This document shows positions 50,401-63,411 of a DNA stretch of 64,000 nucleotides, piece by piece. The stretch is from Octopus sinensis. Taxonomy: Eukaryota. The stretch covers positions 90,830,001 to 90,894,000 of the forward strand of contig NC_043006.1 of the NCBI RefSeq assembly GCF_006345805.1. Reading direction: 5' to 3'. Each line of letters opens with the position of its first letter. The stretch's first letter is position 1. The position numbers and the translations under genes are program-made. Below the pieces are notes generated by a model that was not told the DNA's origin, did not search any database, and was given only the letters and a program-made list of their open reading frames with translations.

Positions 50401-52306
50401 GTGGTGTACTTTAGTGGAAAGAACAGTTTAAAATTGTTTGCATTTTAATTCTCCATAATTTACCTATATTGTGAGCATTAACCTATTTATTTATTGTTGA
50501 AGAAGCTACAAATGTGAGGGTGGACATTGGTACCCTGGAATTATATCTGAAGTGTTAGACATTCATAAATGACTTAATAAATATTTGTGTGAAATAGTAC
50601 AATCATAATATCTTCTCTCTTAGACACTGATTTACATTTCTGTTAGAGGATTCCCAACTGATTCTTTTTTTCTTTTGCTTAGTTTGAATACAGACTCTTA
50701 AATTATGTTGTTTCAGTTTGCCAAAAAAAAAAAAAGAAAGAAAAAAACTGACAATTAAAAGATAGTTAAGATCACATAAAATGAAGACAATAATTTAATG
50801 AGCCACTTAGTTTTTACTGATTTTATATAATTCCACACTTTGTGATTTTCTTATTTTCATTGGTTCAAATTCTTCATATTTAGATTAAGCTCCAATTTGC
50901 TGCTCAGATTCAAGCCAAGCTGGAGCCATTTTATTTAAATCCCCCGGTACCTTTTATATTTTTTTGTTGTCCAACTTCCTGCTACTTTTCGAGTTTCATT
51001 CTTATGTAAGAATCAATATTTGCATTAGAAATATAATGCACTGTTGTCCCATTTAGTTAGCATAGAGAATAAGGATTCTAACTGAACTCTCATGTATATT
51101 TTGTTTCGTATACTTATTTTTTTGCTTTTATTTACTTTAGTAACTGCCATCAAACACTAGTACTATAGATATTCTCATGACATTCTGTACTCCCTTTGCT
51201 CTGCTTTCATTACCAACTCACTAACTCATTGAGCCATGTATTTACAAGATGTATTATTTTACTGAACATAAGGATTTTACTTAGCCTTTTTTTTTCAGGA
51301 AAGACTGGTTGAGGAAAGCATTTTCCCTATGTTCTAACCAATAAATTGTCTTTTGCATGATTTCTTTCTATCTTCTTTGATTTGATTTAGTCTTGCTTCC
51401 ATCTTCACACTTCATTGCATGTAATTGGTAAGGAAAAGAAGTTTGTAAGCATAAAAAATACTAAATCTCCTCCCCACCTCCTGTCTGTCTGTCCTAAAAT
51501 AATGTGGGGTTTTTTTTCCCCTTCCTTTTCATCACTCGACATTGAATGCAGATTTACATTAAGTTTTTGCTGTTTCCAAGTGAACGTGATGTGGAAAAGT
51601 TTTATTTATTGATTCATTTATAACTGCTTTTAGAAACCTTTTAAAGAACTTCCTTTCAATATCAAATAATAATACTCTTGAAATCCCCAGCAGGATATTA
51701 GAGAGCTGCTAAATCTTCAAATTACTATTTTGCATGATTGTCATTATCATAATTTTCCAAGAACTAATTTCAAGTATAATATATATATAATTTCTTTGGA
51801 ACCATTGGCAGTGCATTTACTGAGATATCAAAGGGGTGGATTGTTGAACTAATGGATCATTAATTCACAACATCTTTAAGGTATTTGCATTTTTAAGAGA
51901 CGTATACTTTATAGAAAACATAACCTTTAAAGGTGCTGGTATGACTGAGTGGTAAGAAGTTTACTTACCATCCACATGGTAAAAGAAATTTGCCTGTACA
52001 AATTTTGCCTGATCCATGTGGAAAAGGCAACACTAAAACAATGATGATGATGATGATGATGATGATAATTTATTTTAAGATTGAGCTGTCTGCAATTAGA
52101 AGTCATTGAATTAGTATCAACATTAATGATTTAATGCTTACTTTTCCATGCTTGCATGGGTCAGATGCTAGTATGTTGGGGCAGAATTTTCCAAGGTCAG
52201 ACACCCTTCCTAATGTCAAATCCCACCTGTTTTCAAATGAAGCAATAATCTCCCAGTCTAAAGTTTACACAGACAACTGGAAGTAAAGGACAGCATCTGT
52301 GTGAGA

Positions 52307-53072
52307 GCCTTTTGTTTACCAAGATCATGCAATGTATCCAGAAGCATACTTTTTGCCTTTTGTTTACCAAGATCATGCAATGTATCCAGAAGCATACTTT
52401 TTGCCTTTTGTTTACCAAGATCATGCAATGTATCCAGAAGCATACTTTTTGCCTTTTGTTTACCAAGATCATGCAATGTATCCAGAAGCATACTTTTTGC
52501 CTTTTGTTTACCAAGATCATGCAATGTATCCAGAAGCATACTTTTTGCCTTTTGTTTACCAAGATCATGCAATGTATCCAGAAGCATACTTTTTCCTTTT
52601 GTTTACCAAGATCATGCAATGTATCCAGAAGCATACTTTTTGCCTTTTGTTTACCAAGATCATGCAATTATCCAGAAGCATACTTTTTGCCTTTTGTTTA
52701 CCAAGATCATGCAATGTATCCAGAAGCATACTTTTTCCTTTTGTTTACCAAGATCATGCAATGTATCCAGAAGCATACTTTTTGCCTTTTGTTTACCAAG
52801 ATCATGCAATGTATCCAGAAGCATACTTTTTGCCTTTTGTTTACCAAGATCATGCAATGTATCCAGAAGCATACTTTTTGCTTTTGTTTACCAAGATCAT
52901 GCAATGTATCCAGAAGCATACTTTTTGCCTTTTGTTTACCAAGATCATGCAATGTATCCAGAAGCATACTTTTTGCCTTTTGTTTACCAAGATCATGCAA
53001 TGTATCCAGAAGCATACTTTTTGCCTTTTGTTTACCAAGATCATGCAATGTATCCAGAAGCATACTTTTTGC
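52307..53072. repeat. Minisatellite, 16 near-identical copies of a 48-bp unit
   Basis: Unit ccttttgtttaccaagatcatgcaatgtatccagaagcatactttttg. Four copies carry single-base deletions and I saw no substitutions. No spacers, so not CRISPR. Confidence 0.97.
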
Positions 53073-53168
53073 AATGGACTGCAAGCAAACAGCACTGTCT
53101 GATACCATCAGCAAAGTTCTGCTTACATCCAGTGAACTCACATGAAAACAAGGGAAACATACAGATTT

Positions 53169-53171
<3 letters not shown>

Positions 53172-53200
<29 letters not shown>
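53172..53200. repeat. (CA)n microsatellite
   Basis: Direct reading. Confidence 0.95.
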
Positions 53201-53204
<4 letters not shown>

Positions 53205-54499
53205 GACTGCTTCTCTCAGTTTCAAATTCTATTAAAATCCATTTCACATCCAAAGAAATACTTAAATTTATTTTTGCTCAGAAAATAGCAAATGAAGCAT
53301 TGAAAACTATATAAATAAGTTTTCTGCAAATGCTACTCCAGCTATAAATCATAGCTCATAAAACAAAGTGTTGTAAGATTAAAGCATCTAATTTAGAAGA
53401 TGAAAACTGGAAAACTTGTTTAGTTTAAATGGTATTGTGAATGCATGGTTGAAGTACCACTGGTAGCCTGAGTTATTATTTATTGCTGAACTGATGTTCA
53501 ACATTCATTGTTTATAGAAGACTATTCATATTAATAAATCTATCCACTACACTTCATAAGACTTACATCAATTAACTATAAAATAAAAGGAACAACATTA
53601 AAACTATTGAAATGAATAAAATACAATTATTTTAGTTTCTACCAATTAAAGTGTGTTTTATTTAAATTAGCCTCCCTCTTCTTGTCTTTATGTATTGTAA
53701 CTTTTTTCATGAAATAAACTTTCTAAATGAGAAAAATAAAGGGCAAATTTTGATTATGAAAAAATCAATTTAGAAAAGGCAGTTTTAGTATAAAGATCTT
53801 GATGATATATAACATGACAGTCTGTGTTGTGATTCAAACAGAAATTGTATCAATTATGCAAAAATTATCAATACATTAATATTTAACCTAACATTGCCCT
53901 GGTACTTTACTTGAATATAGAAAAAGAGTGGTTATGGTGAAACAAGTTATGAAATAAAATATTTAAACTATAAACTAGAACATGTTTTACATCAGTCAAC
54001 TTAAGGGTTAATTATCACTAATTTCTAGACTAGATTACTTTTCAAGATGTCTGAGAATCAATATTCACATTATCTAAGGAGTTGAGTCTCATGTACATAC
54101 AATATTATGGAAACATAAATAATTGGTTAATAATTATAGTTTTGATGCAAGATTTAATGGAATAGGATTTATATTATTAATAATTATAATGATAATAAGC
54201 ATCTCTTAATTGCAATGTATTAGCTGCAGGAGAAGGAATGAAAGGTGAAGCTTAGAATTAAGACTTGTGTTACGGATTCCTTATAGTAACAATTTCGGAA
54301 GGTGGTAATATTTCATATACTTTAATCAAGATCATTAATGTTAACAGTGGCAGCAGCAGTGATGACAATATTGCTGTTGCTCCTTTTCTGAAACAGACAA
54401 AGACAAAGCTGCAAAAATTAAAAAAAAAACAAAACAAAGAGGCTGTTCACAATGCACAATGTACACCAATCTAAAAGTAATGTCAACAATGTTTTATGG

Positions 54500-54972
54500 T
54501 TCTACTTACCGTAAAAGGAAGGAAGCAGGGGTTTGTTAACTGTGGAAGACACCATCAGTACTGCAATATTAAGTTTGAAAAACTCTGCTTTGTATATTGA
54601 GGAAAGAATACTGTCTGCAGCTATAAAAACTCAAAAAGTTACAAAAACAATTGGAAAATGTATAAACCAAAGGAAGAACAATAGAACAAGCAGATGAAAA
54701 GAAATGGATTTACATGGCAAGTTAACACAATAAATCAAAGATGTTGGAAGTAAAGCGCACTGGTTATGACTAGCAGATAGAAATCTGAAACAAGAAACTA
54801 AATCATTAATCAGAAAGAAACCATTAGGACAAATTTGATGAAAAGCAAAGTTCGATAAAACCCAGTCATACAACAAACGCTGAATCTGTGAAAAAGGAGA
54901 CAAAAAGTATTAATCATCTCTTGAGTGAATGCAGTAAGCTAACACAAAAAGAGTATAAACACAGGCGTGAAT
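54500..54972 (+). mobile_element. Decayed R4/Dong-like LINE fragment (post-RT region to zinc knuckle)
   Basis: KEGSRGLLTVED (RKEGGRGL motif), LHGK, NLKQETKSLI, IRTNLMK, IC..SINHLLSECSKLTQKEYKHR. Confidence 0.7.
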
Positions 54973-55410
54973 ATTGATAAAAGAATACATATTTTCAACA
55001 ATGTTGATCTAAGTACTTACTAGATGGTTCTAATCTGATTGACTCCATGAATGATGAAAGGCTAAGTTGTCTCCACTGGGATTTGAACTCGGAATGTATA
55101 GGAACAAACTTCTACCATTTCTGCTACTTTCTGCCTAATTAATGATTATGATTTCTGAATATTGCTGCAATAGTTTTAGCAAGGATTTTTATTTGAATCA
55201 TACTTACTCATAATTATTTTATACAGGCCTCTAGATGGTTTGACGTGTTTCCATATCATAATATAATGAAGTGTAGCAAAACATTTTGAGCAGTTTATAA
55301 TGTGTCACTGATTCTGACAACCACAGCTTTAACAACAGTCATCATTATAATATTGTTTTTAATCCATAATTTTAATTAAAAGTTGTGACATTTACATTTT
55401 TTTCAAGAAT

Positions 55411-55806
55411 GGAGTGGCTGTGTGGTAAGTAGCTTGTTTACCAACCACATGGTTCCGGGTTCAGTCCCACTGTGTGGCACCTTGGGCAAGTGTCTTCTAC
55501 TATAGCCTCGGGCCGACCAAAGCCTTGTGAGTGGATTTGGTAGATGGAAACTGAAAGAAGCCCGTCGTATATATGTATATATATATATATGTGTTTGTTT
55601 GTCTATGTTTGTTCCCCTAGCATTGCTTGACAACCGATGCTGGTGTGTTTATGTCCCCGTTACTTAGTGGTTCGACAAAAGAAACCAATAGAATAAGTAC
55701 TGGGCTTACAAAAGAATAAGTCCCAGGGTCAAGTTGCTTGATTAAAGGCAGTGCTCCAGCATGGCCGCAGTCAAATGACTGAAACAAATAAAAGAGTAAA
55801 AGAGTA
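55411..55806 (+). mobile_element. Full-length tRNA-derived SINE family B
   Basis: A box tggctgtgtggt, B box ggttcagtccc, internal (TA)n, 3' gctccagcatggccgcagtcaaatgactgaaac and (aaagagt)n tail. Confidence 0.85.
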
Positions 55807-55807
55807 A

Positions 55808-56191
55808 TCTCTCTCTATATAAACGGCAGTTTGTCTGTGCGTGTTTCTGTGTGTCTGTTTTCTCGTACCCTCACCCTGACCACGGCTTTCAACCGATTCT
55901 GATGAAACTTGACACACACATAGCCCAATGTCATAATTCAAAACTAACGCAGCTAAAATTTTGAAAAGTTCCCCCAGTTCTGAAAAAGATCGATAAATTC
56001 GACATGGGGTCGAATTTCAGAAAACCAAACCACAGACCGTCTAGGGGACGCAACTCCACCTTTTTTAACTGTCAAAAAAATTTACCATCATTTTTTTTCC
56101 ATTTTTTTGCTATTTTTTGGCTATAACTCTCTAAAAATGCTTTATAGTTATTTCCCTTACAAACCTGAGCAACGCCGGGCAATACTGCTAG
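55808..56191 (+). mobile_element. Non-autonomous Helitron (384 bp)
   Basis: Inserted between A and T. 5' TC(tctctctatataaa), subterminal GC hairpin cctgagcaacgccggg (56164-56179), 3' CTAG. No TSD. Confidence 0.8.
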
Positions 56192-59100
56192 TGTATTTAT
56201 AAGCAGACAGATGGGAAAAAAATGTCCTAACTGTTTCAGTTAATTTAGATTAGTAATACTCTAGGATATTATCTGAATTTCCCATTTTTCATTTCTCATT
56301 ATCTCAAAATCAAAGTTTATATTTGTAACAAGTATTGTAATTTTGATGAGTGATGTGATCAGTTCTTACTGACCTAAAGCTGGGTAAAATTATCTGTTAC
56401 TTTGGTAATCTGCCACTCCCTGTTTTCCTTTCTTTGGAGTTGTAGGTTTGCAGGAATAAGTAGCTCTATAGTATTTCAGTTCACCAACCCAACTTGATCC
56501 AACCCTCCTCACACTTACCCTACAATATTAATCAAAACATAAACAATCTTATCATCAAAGTCTAGAAGCTGCAAGATAATACATGATTAATTCAAAGATA
56601 ATAAGCATTACATTTGATATAGAAATGTTAATGTTAAAGAGTGCAATCTGGTCCCTTTCTTTTTATCCTGCATAGTATTTGTAACACATTTGGGATATGA
56701 AATCCATTCTAACAAGTTTTCTTTGTATGAATTAGTATTATTGGGATAGTAGAGGGTAATTAAGTAGTGCATCAAATTACTGCACCAATATATACATTCT
56801 CCTTAAAAACAAAACAATTGTGACTTGATAAAAAAAAAAAAAACTTCTAAAGTAGGCATTAAAGGGTGATGTAGGAGGCATTATTGCTTCAAAATCATTT
56901 TTACCCATTTATTAACTGGGGACTACATTTTCTATTATTCTGTCTCTAATAGCAGAATTTCAGTTCTTCAGCATTAAGAATGCTGTTTATTCATAAATGT
57001 AAAAGATAAAATATTTAGTCTTTGCAGAGTAGCATTACTTTCTGCTAACAAAGGAAAATTCATGATACATCTTCTCTTTCAGAATAATTTAATCCAATCT
57101 GTTTTTCTTGTTGGGTATTATCTTTTATCTTTGTACATCACTTTGTCATAGATCAAGTTAGTAGGTCATTGCTGATGATTTGTTTAAAGTTTCTATCTCA
57201 TCTTTATATCTTTATACTTGCAAACATGATCAGATATATCCTTTTAGCTTGACATTTAGATTTACTTTGTGATTTTAGAAAAAAATATTTTATTCCAGAT
57301 TTAGATGTACACTCCTACACTTCTATTTTTTTTTTTTTTAATAATATAAATGTTATAGGTCAGGTTGCTTTTTCAAACTATTATAATTTTTAAGAACTAG
57401 ATAGAACTTTATTTGTATGGAAAATAAGTATGGAAAGTAAATAAGGTTCGGCAAAGTGCAAATTTTGTTGTATTGAGAATGAATTAGGAAAGGAAATTGA
57501 GTTGAATTTTCTTATTCCTAATTATCAAACAAAACCATTACACATCTCTGTAATGTTTTTTAAAAAATAAGCAAGAATACGTTCAGAAAAAATTATGCAG
57601 AACTAATTAGAAAAACTTAAAAAAGTAATATTCCATAACTTTTGCTGATTATTTCCTATAGCATGTTAAAATTAACTTGAGCATTTTATTGCATTCTGAC
57701 TTTTTTTTTTCATTCTTTTACATTGTCTATTTCTTTTTAATTGTGCTGTGTTTTCTTGTAATTAAATTATCCTCCTTGTCAGTTTAATGCCTATTTTTTC
57801 TGAGAGAAAAGATGAGCTTGCATTCCAATTCTATTTCATGGAAAATGTGTCGTCTAATATTCTAAAGTTTCACATAAATACCATATCCAAAATGTAAATA
57901 TCTTCCTCTATGCATTGCTGTTCTTTACATTCATTTTGCAGTGGTTTCTTAATAATTATGCATCATATATTTGCATTACTGCACAGTTGGTTTCAGAAAA
58001 CTAACGCACCATTTTATTCGCTAAATGCTCAAATCATTACTGATGACTTGATGTTGAGCCAGTGCGATATAACACCAGAATTTTTGCAAACTGAATTAGT
58101 TGTTGAATTACTGATGGATTTTTCTAGTTCATCAGGGTTACTGGTCACCACATTTATGAACTTATCAGATTTGGAGTGCCAGTGTTTAGTATAAGCTACT
58201 TCTACCTTGTTTGGAGATACATGGATATTATCTTTCTAGTGTCATTACAAACAAGCGCAAAATACCATTAAGACATTTGAGTGTGCAGTTTTGAGATTCC
58301 ATTCACTCTGAGATTTCTATCTAAAAATGATTGATAATTCACAAACCTCTTGAAGTTTTCTCCTTTAGGTTTGATAAACTATTTCAAACAACTGTTTCCA
58401 ACTGATGCTAAATGAGCAATAATATCAAAATTCAAGTTAGTGCAGTAGAGCTATCTTGGAATCTGTTGCTCACTTCAACACCATCACCTGGTCCTTGGAC
58501 CCACTTAGCAAAGTTCACTGACTTGCAAGTATTCATAGCAGATTTCTGGTCAGAAAATAACATACGAGTTCTGGTTTCTTCCTCCATTTACCCCAACAAA
58601 TCTCAATGGCCCTCCAGAAAATAGTGAATGATGGTGACTGTCCTTCCTTCTCTGACTAAACTGTAAAAAAATATTATCAACACTAAGAAGTTCTTATAAC
58701 ATCCTGAGATTTTGAGATGATTATTGCAATGCCTTCATTAGGATAAGACCATAACAGATTGGCAGAACAAAAAAAAAAAAATCGAGAAGAACTCACACAT
58801 GAAGGAATTTATCACCAATACAGTTACATCCATTATATGGAAAGAAGCACTGTACATAATTCTTTACTATTTGGGACCTTCTTTAGCAAGCTATTTGTCC
58901 CCCAAGATCTTCTGATCCTGTTAGTTTATACTCAGTGGCAAATGGCCAAACAAATGCAGTTGAGTTTATTGTGTAGAATTCTTTATTGAATTAATAAATT
59001 GTAACATTTTGCATTAACAGTAGCATCCAACCATTACATATTGAAGAACACATGAACATGAGAGTTTGTCAGAAGGTATTTTGACAACTACCAGAATACA

Positions 59101-60150
59101 GATATTACAGTTTATATCAAGGCCTTCTAATAGAAACATTGGCATCTTACTTGATATTTGCAACAATAGATTAACAATCACCATGAGCTTTTCAACAATC
59201 TGATGCATGATTTGAATATCACAACTCAATCACACATGCTATGCAATTTATCTCTTATGTTCTTGTCATAAGAATTCTCATGTACATGTCATAAGAATTC
59301 TGGCAACATTTACACTTTACTTCTCATTTCAAAATTTTCAATTCAAGATTAGGGTTTGTTCAAGCTGGATTCTTGAATAAAAGTTGTTTTTCTCCATCTT
59401 TGCATTATGTAGCTTTTATTATCTCCTGTAACTATATATCTTCTTTTCTTTCCTCCCTTACTATAGAAAATTTCTTTTTTCAAGATAAATTAAACTACAA
59501 AAAGATATTTCAAATAAATTTTATGGAAATTGTCTAAAAGGATATATCCATTAATATAAATTTTATTTAGATGCTTACATAACACTTAAGTTTTTTAAAG
59601 AAGATCTCTTCTTCCATTTTGGTATCTAGTTTCAAACAATTTTATTATATGTATACATAAGTAATATAAGATATAGACTCAGAGAATCGTGTGGCTATCA
59701 GAGTAAGCATCTCTTATGGACTCAACTGTCAGTCCAAAGTAGTGTTATGTACAGTATCCTTGGAAATCCAGAAAATCTGAGCAATATGATTATTCTATGA
59801 GGAGAATATAAAAATATAAAGTCAGGAGATATGAAAGGGGATTATATATCTATTTAACCACATGATTTCCATAGGATTATGTGTTTCACAACCTTCTTCA
59901 TGTAGTATTCATTTCAGTATGCAAGAAAGTATGCAGACATGTTAGCATTTGCATGTATGGTCAGCATTATACATTTGTATTGTATATTCCCAATCTTACT
60001 TTTACAGATTCACCTAATAGAAGTGTGTGTTCTTATCTTTAGTGATTGACTTTGTGTACACATGCATACACTTGTGTATGTGCTTGTATAAGTGTGTGTA
60101 TGCACACATGTACATATTTTTCTCAATGTGCATCTGTGCAAGAAGATACA

Positions 60151-61816
60151 TCTCTATATATATAAAACTGAGAATGTGTGTCTGTCTGTCTGTGTGTTTC
60201 CCTAAAACTTGAGAACTACACAACCAATTTCATTCAACTTTTACACATGCCTTACTTAGGGTCCGGGGAGTGTCATCGGCAAAAAAAGTTTTTAACTTGT
60301 TGCCTAGGGCGAGCCCACAGCAATATCATATCTTCTCCTCTATGATTCTCTAAAACTTGAGAACTATACAACCAATTTCATTCAAATTTTACACAAGCCT
60401 TACTTAGGATCCATGTAGTTTCATGGGCAAAAAAAATGTTCTACTTCTTGCCTAGAGCGAGCCCGTAGCAATATCATATCTTCTCCACTATTTCAGTATT
60501 ATGTGTTAAAAGTGAAACAAAAACATTTCTCTATTTTATGTCAGATGCTTTCACTTTAACAATAAAAATAATAATAACAATTGAATTATATGTAGTAAGT
60601 AATAATTAAAATCAAACTAAAGTATAATATAATCGTAACATAACAAAAGTAAAAATAGCAATTGGTATAAAATTGCATCAATGACTTGAACTTGAATAAG
60701 TGGTTTCACATGAATAGGAATAAATTAAAAATAAAATTAGCGTGCAGAAATGGAATAGTCCAGATGGAGCTGTGCTTTTACATTAGATTATCTGCTAATT
60801 AGCTAACATTAAGTATCTATATGAAGTTTGGCTGTATGTAATATCTGTTTTCTTGAACAGCCGCTCCTGTTGGTTTATTTCTTATACATAAAGGACTAAA
60901 GCTTCAACTGCTTACTGCTTTCTGACTCATTGTAAGGTTTGTTGTTATTATTATTACTGTTTAACTATTGTTATCACGTTTGTTGGGCTTCATAAAGGAA
61001 ATGTTGTTGTGTTGCATTTGTTAAATAATTGTAAACTGGGAGAAGGAGCTTTGGTTATTGTTTAAAAATTGAATTGTGTCCCTGTTTGGGGAAATTGACA
61101 ATATTTTCACCGTTTACACAGAAGCATTTTTGTCAGAATGCCTTCGATAGAAGAAAGTTCAAAAATGAATTTCGCTGCAGCCGTCGGCGGGTGCGAACTC
61201 ATTGAAATTAAAATGGAAGAAATATGGATTGATCACTGACAAAGATGGTGAATCTAGGATAACACCACCAAACGAAATAAAAAATTAAACCAAAGAAAAG
61301 ACTATTGTCTATAAAGTATACAATGTAGAGAAAAAAAAGATTTGAACACCTGGAGGAAAGCACCATCGAAAAGTGTCTTGGTGCGACTATGATATCTAAC
61401 CAGAGGCGGTAAATTCGCCACAATAGAAGCAAGGTTCGAGTCAACGCAGCGTGCAAGGGAGTACTCGACTCGAACCTTGCAAAGTGGAAATATTTTATTT
61501 TTACATTTATATCTGGGACGTAGGACGTCCCGGATAAAAATTAAAAATAGCCCCCCTGAAGTAGAGGTAGGCTGGATTGTAGCCACACTTCTATACAAGA
61601 GAGGGGACAAGATACAATTGATCGAAATTGCAAGAGACGGGCCTACAATTCCAGTCTGTTATATATTTTGAGTATTGTTATCACTAGCGATATCAAGGTA
61701 TAACTTTGTATTTTGTATTTTATGTGTAGATGTATATATATAGAAGTACATGTAATATGTACACATATATACATGCACTAGCACTATGACCCAGCAATGA
61801 TGGGTCATAATCCTAG
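60151..61816 (+). mobile_element. Probable non-autonomous Helitron (~1.67 kb) with internal 148-bp-period duplication and a captured ORF fragment
   Basis: A|TCTCTATATATATAAAACTGAG..gtctgtctg 5' end like the 55808 element. Duplicated block at 60202-60343/60350-60491. 3' hairpin TATGACCCA-gcaatga-TGGGTCATA then CTAG|T. Linkage of the two ends is inferred. Confidence 0.6.
61138..61671 (+). pseudogene. Frameshifted 5' fragment resembling Tx1/L1-group LINE ORF1 (RRM-type)
   Basis: Reconstructed across frameshifts: MPSIEESSKMNFAAAVGG...KEKTIVYKVYNVEKK...LEESTIEKCLG..YLTRGGKFATIEARFESTQRAREYSTRTLQSGNILFLHLYLGRRTSRIKIKNSPPEVEVGWIVATLL. The T.V.I.N.PP motif recalls Tx1 ORF1. CpG-rich relative to flanks. 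Confidence 0.5.
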
Positions 61817-61861
61817 TATACTAATATATTTGTATATATAAACTCATGCTCGGGTGTGTGT

Positions 61862-62045
61862 GATCCTCACTTAGTGTCTATTTCCCATGCTGGTATGGCT
61901 TGGATGGTTTGACAGGAGCTAGTAAACTAAAGAGCTACACCAGGCTCCACTTGTCTGTTTTGGCATGATTTCTACAGCTGGTTGCCCTTTCTAATGCTAA
62001 CCACTCCACTGACTGTAGTGGGAGCCTTGAACGTGTCACCAGCAT
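61862..62045 (-). mobile_element. RTE-type tail fragment
   Basis: cccatgctggtatggcttggatggtttgac..ggctccac..ctacagctggttgccctttctaatgc. Confidence 0.7.
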
Positions 62046-63160
62046 GTGAGTTTGTATATGTGTGTTTATATGTGCATGCCTATGGATGTATAGCTATTTA
62101 TATGTGTGTATGTATATGTAATTGAATATGTATGTAATATATTAATATGCATATATGTTTGTGTTTATATCATTCTATGTACATATTTATGTTTATCTTT
62201 TAAAAATTTGTACCTGCTTGTAAATGTTTTTTTACACTCCTAGACTGGTGATTAAGTTTGTCCCCAATTTGATTTAAGTGTGTAATATTGATATCCATCA
62301 CTCCTGAATGGGATCAGGGGTGAGTTGTCTCACCTGTCTATGACTTTCTATATAGATACAGATGTATACATGAGTGTGTGTGTGTACCTGTGTGTTTGTG
62401 TGTGTATTTACATTTATCTGCTTGTATTATGTGTCTGTGAAAGTGTTTCCATATATGTGCATCTATGTACTTTGTTAACTCCAGATTATTTGCTCAAAAA
62501 GTATTTTGAGGTTAGCGAATGTGTGAGTTCAATTCTTGAGAGTTCAAATGCTTTTTGTGTGATATTTTTGTGACCTTTTTCACTTTATACAGAAGTTTAT
62601 TGCTGTTGAACACAGTTTCTTGATATTAGTTTGACCTCCCTCTCTTTACGCATTCATCCTTCAACTCGGTGAAATCTTCAATTCACCAGTTGTTTTCTTC
62701 CCCTCTTTCCCACCTGAATAATTACTTTTAGTAAATAATTCTTTTATATTATTCCCTTATACTTTTATGTTATTCTTACTTTATCTCTTGTCTGTTTTTC
62801 TTCTTGTTATCTTGTTTAAATTAAGAATGGTGAATTCCTCACTCTCCATCTAGCACTTGAACTTAATAATTTTTTCTATAATAACAACAGGATATGTCCT
62901 GACCTTCCTACTTATCTTTCACTGACCAAATCAACCAGTTCCAGCCTTCCATTCAGTGTGTGTATGAAGTGTGAATTTACTATGTATATTTAGAGTTGAA
63001 CTGTTAATGTAACCATGATGTTCCAGTGATCTGATGAGCTAGCTTTCTTTATAGACATTTGTGAATATACAATTCTATTGTACAACACTGAGTATACGTA
63101 TCAATGCCAACATGTACACAGAATTTCTTGGATACTTGAAATTAATACTACATTAGGAAG

Positions 63161-63411
<251 letters not shown>

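Noticed and set aside
52233-53225. Long ORFs in all frames (up to 301 aa) and a CRISPR-like appearance
   Set aside because: They result from a stop-free 48-bp (16-codon) tandem unit. There are no unique spacers, no cas genes, and the context is eukaryotic.
57900-59250. Possible very old minus-strand LINE (RNQNSYVIF, NPDEL-like fragments)
   Set aside because: The motif resemblance is too weak to support without a profile search.
59264-59301. 15-bp direct repeat (tgtcataagaattct) around an 8-bp spacer
   Set aside because: Most simply a small repair-associated duplication; no element lies between the copies.
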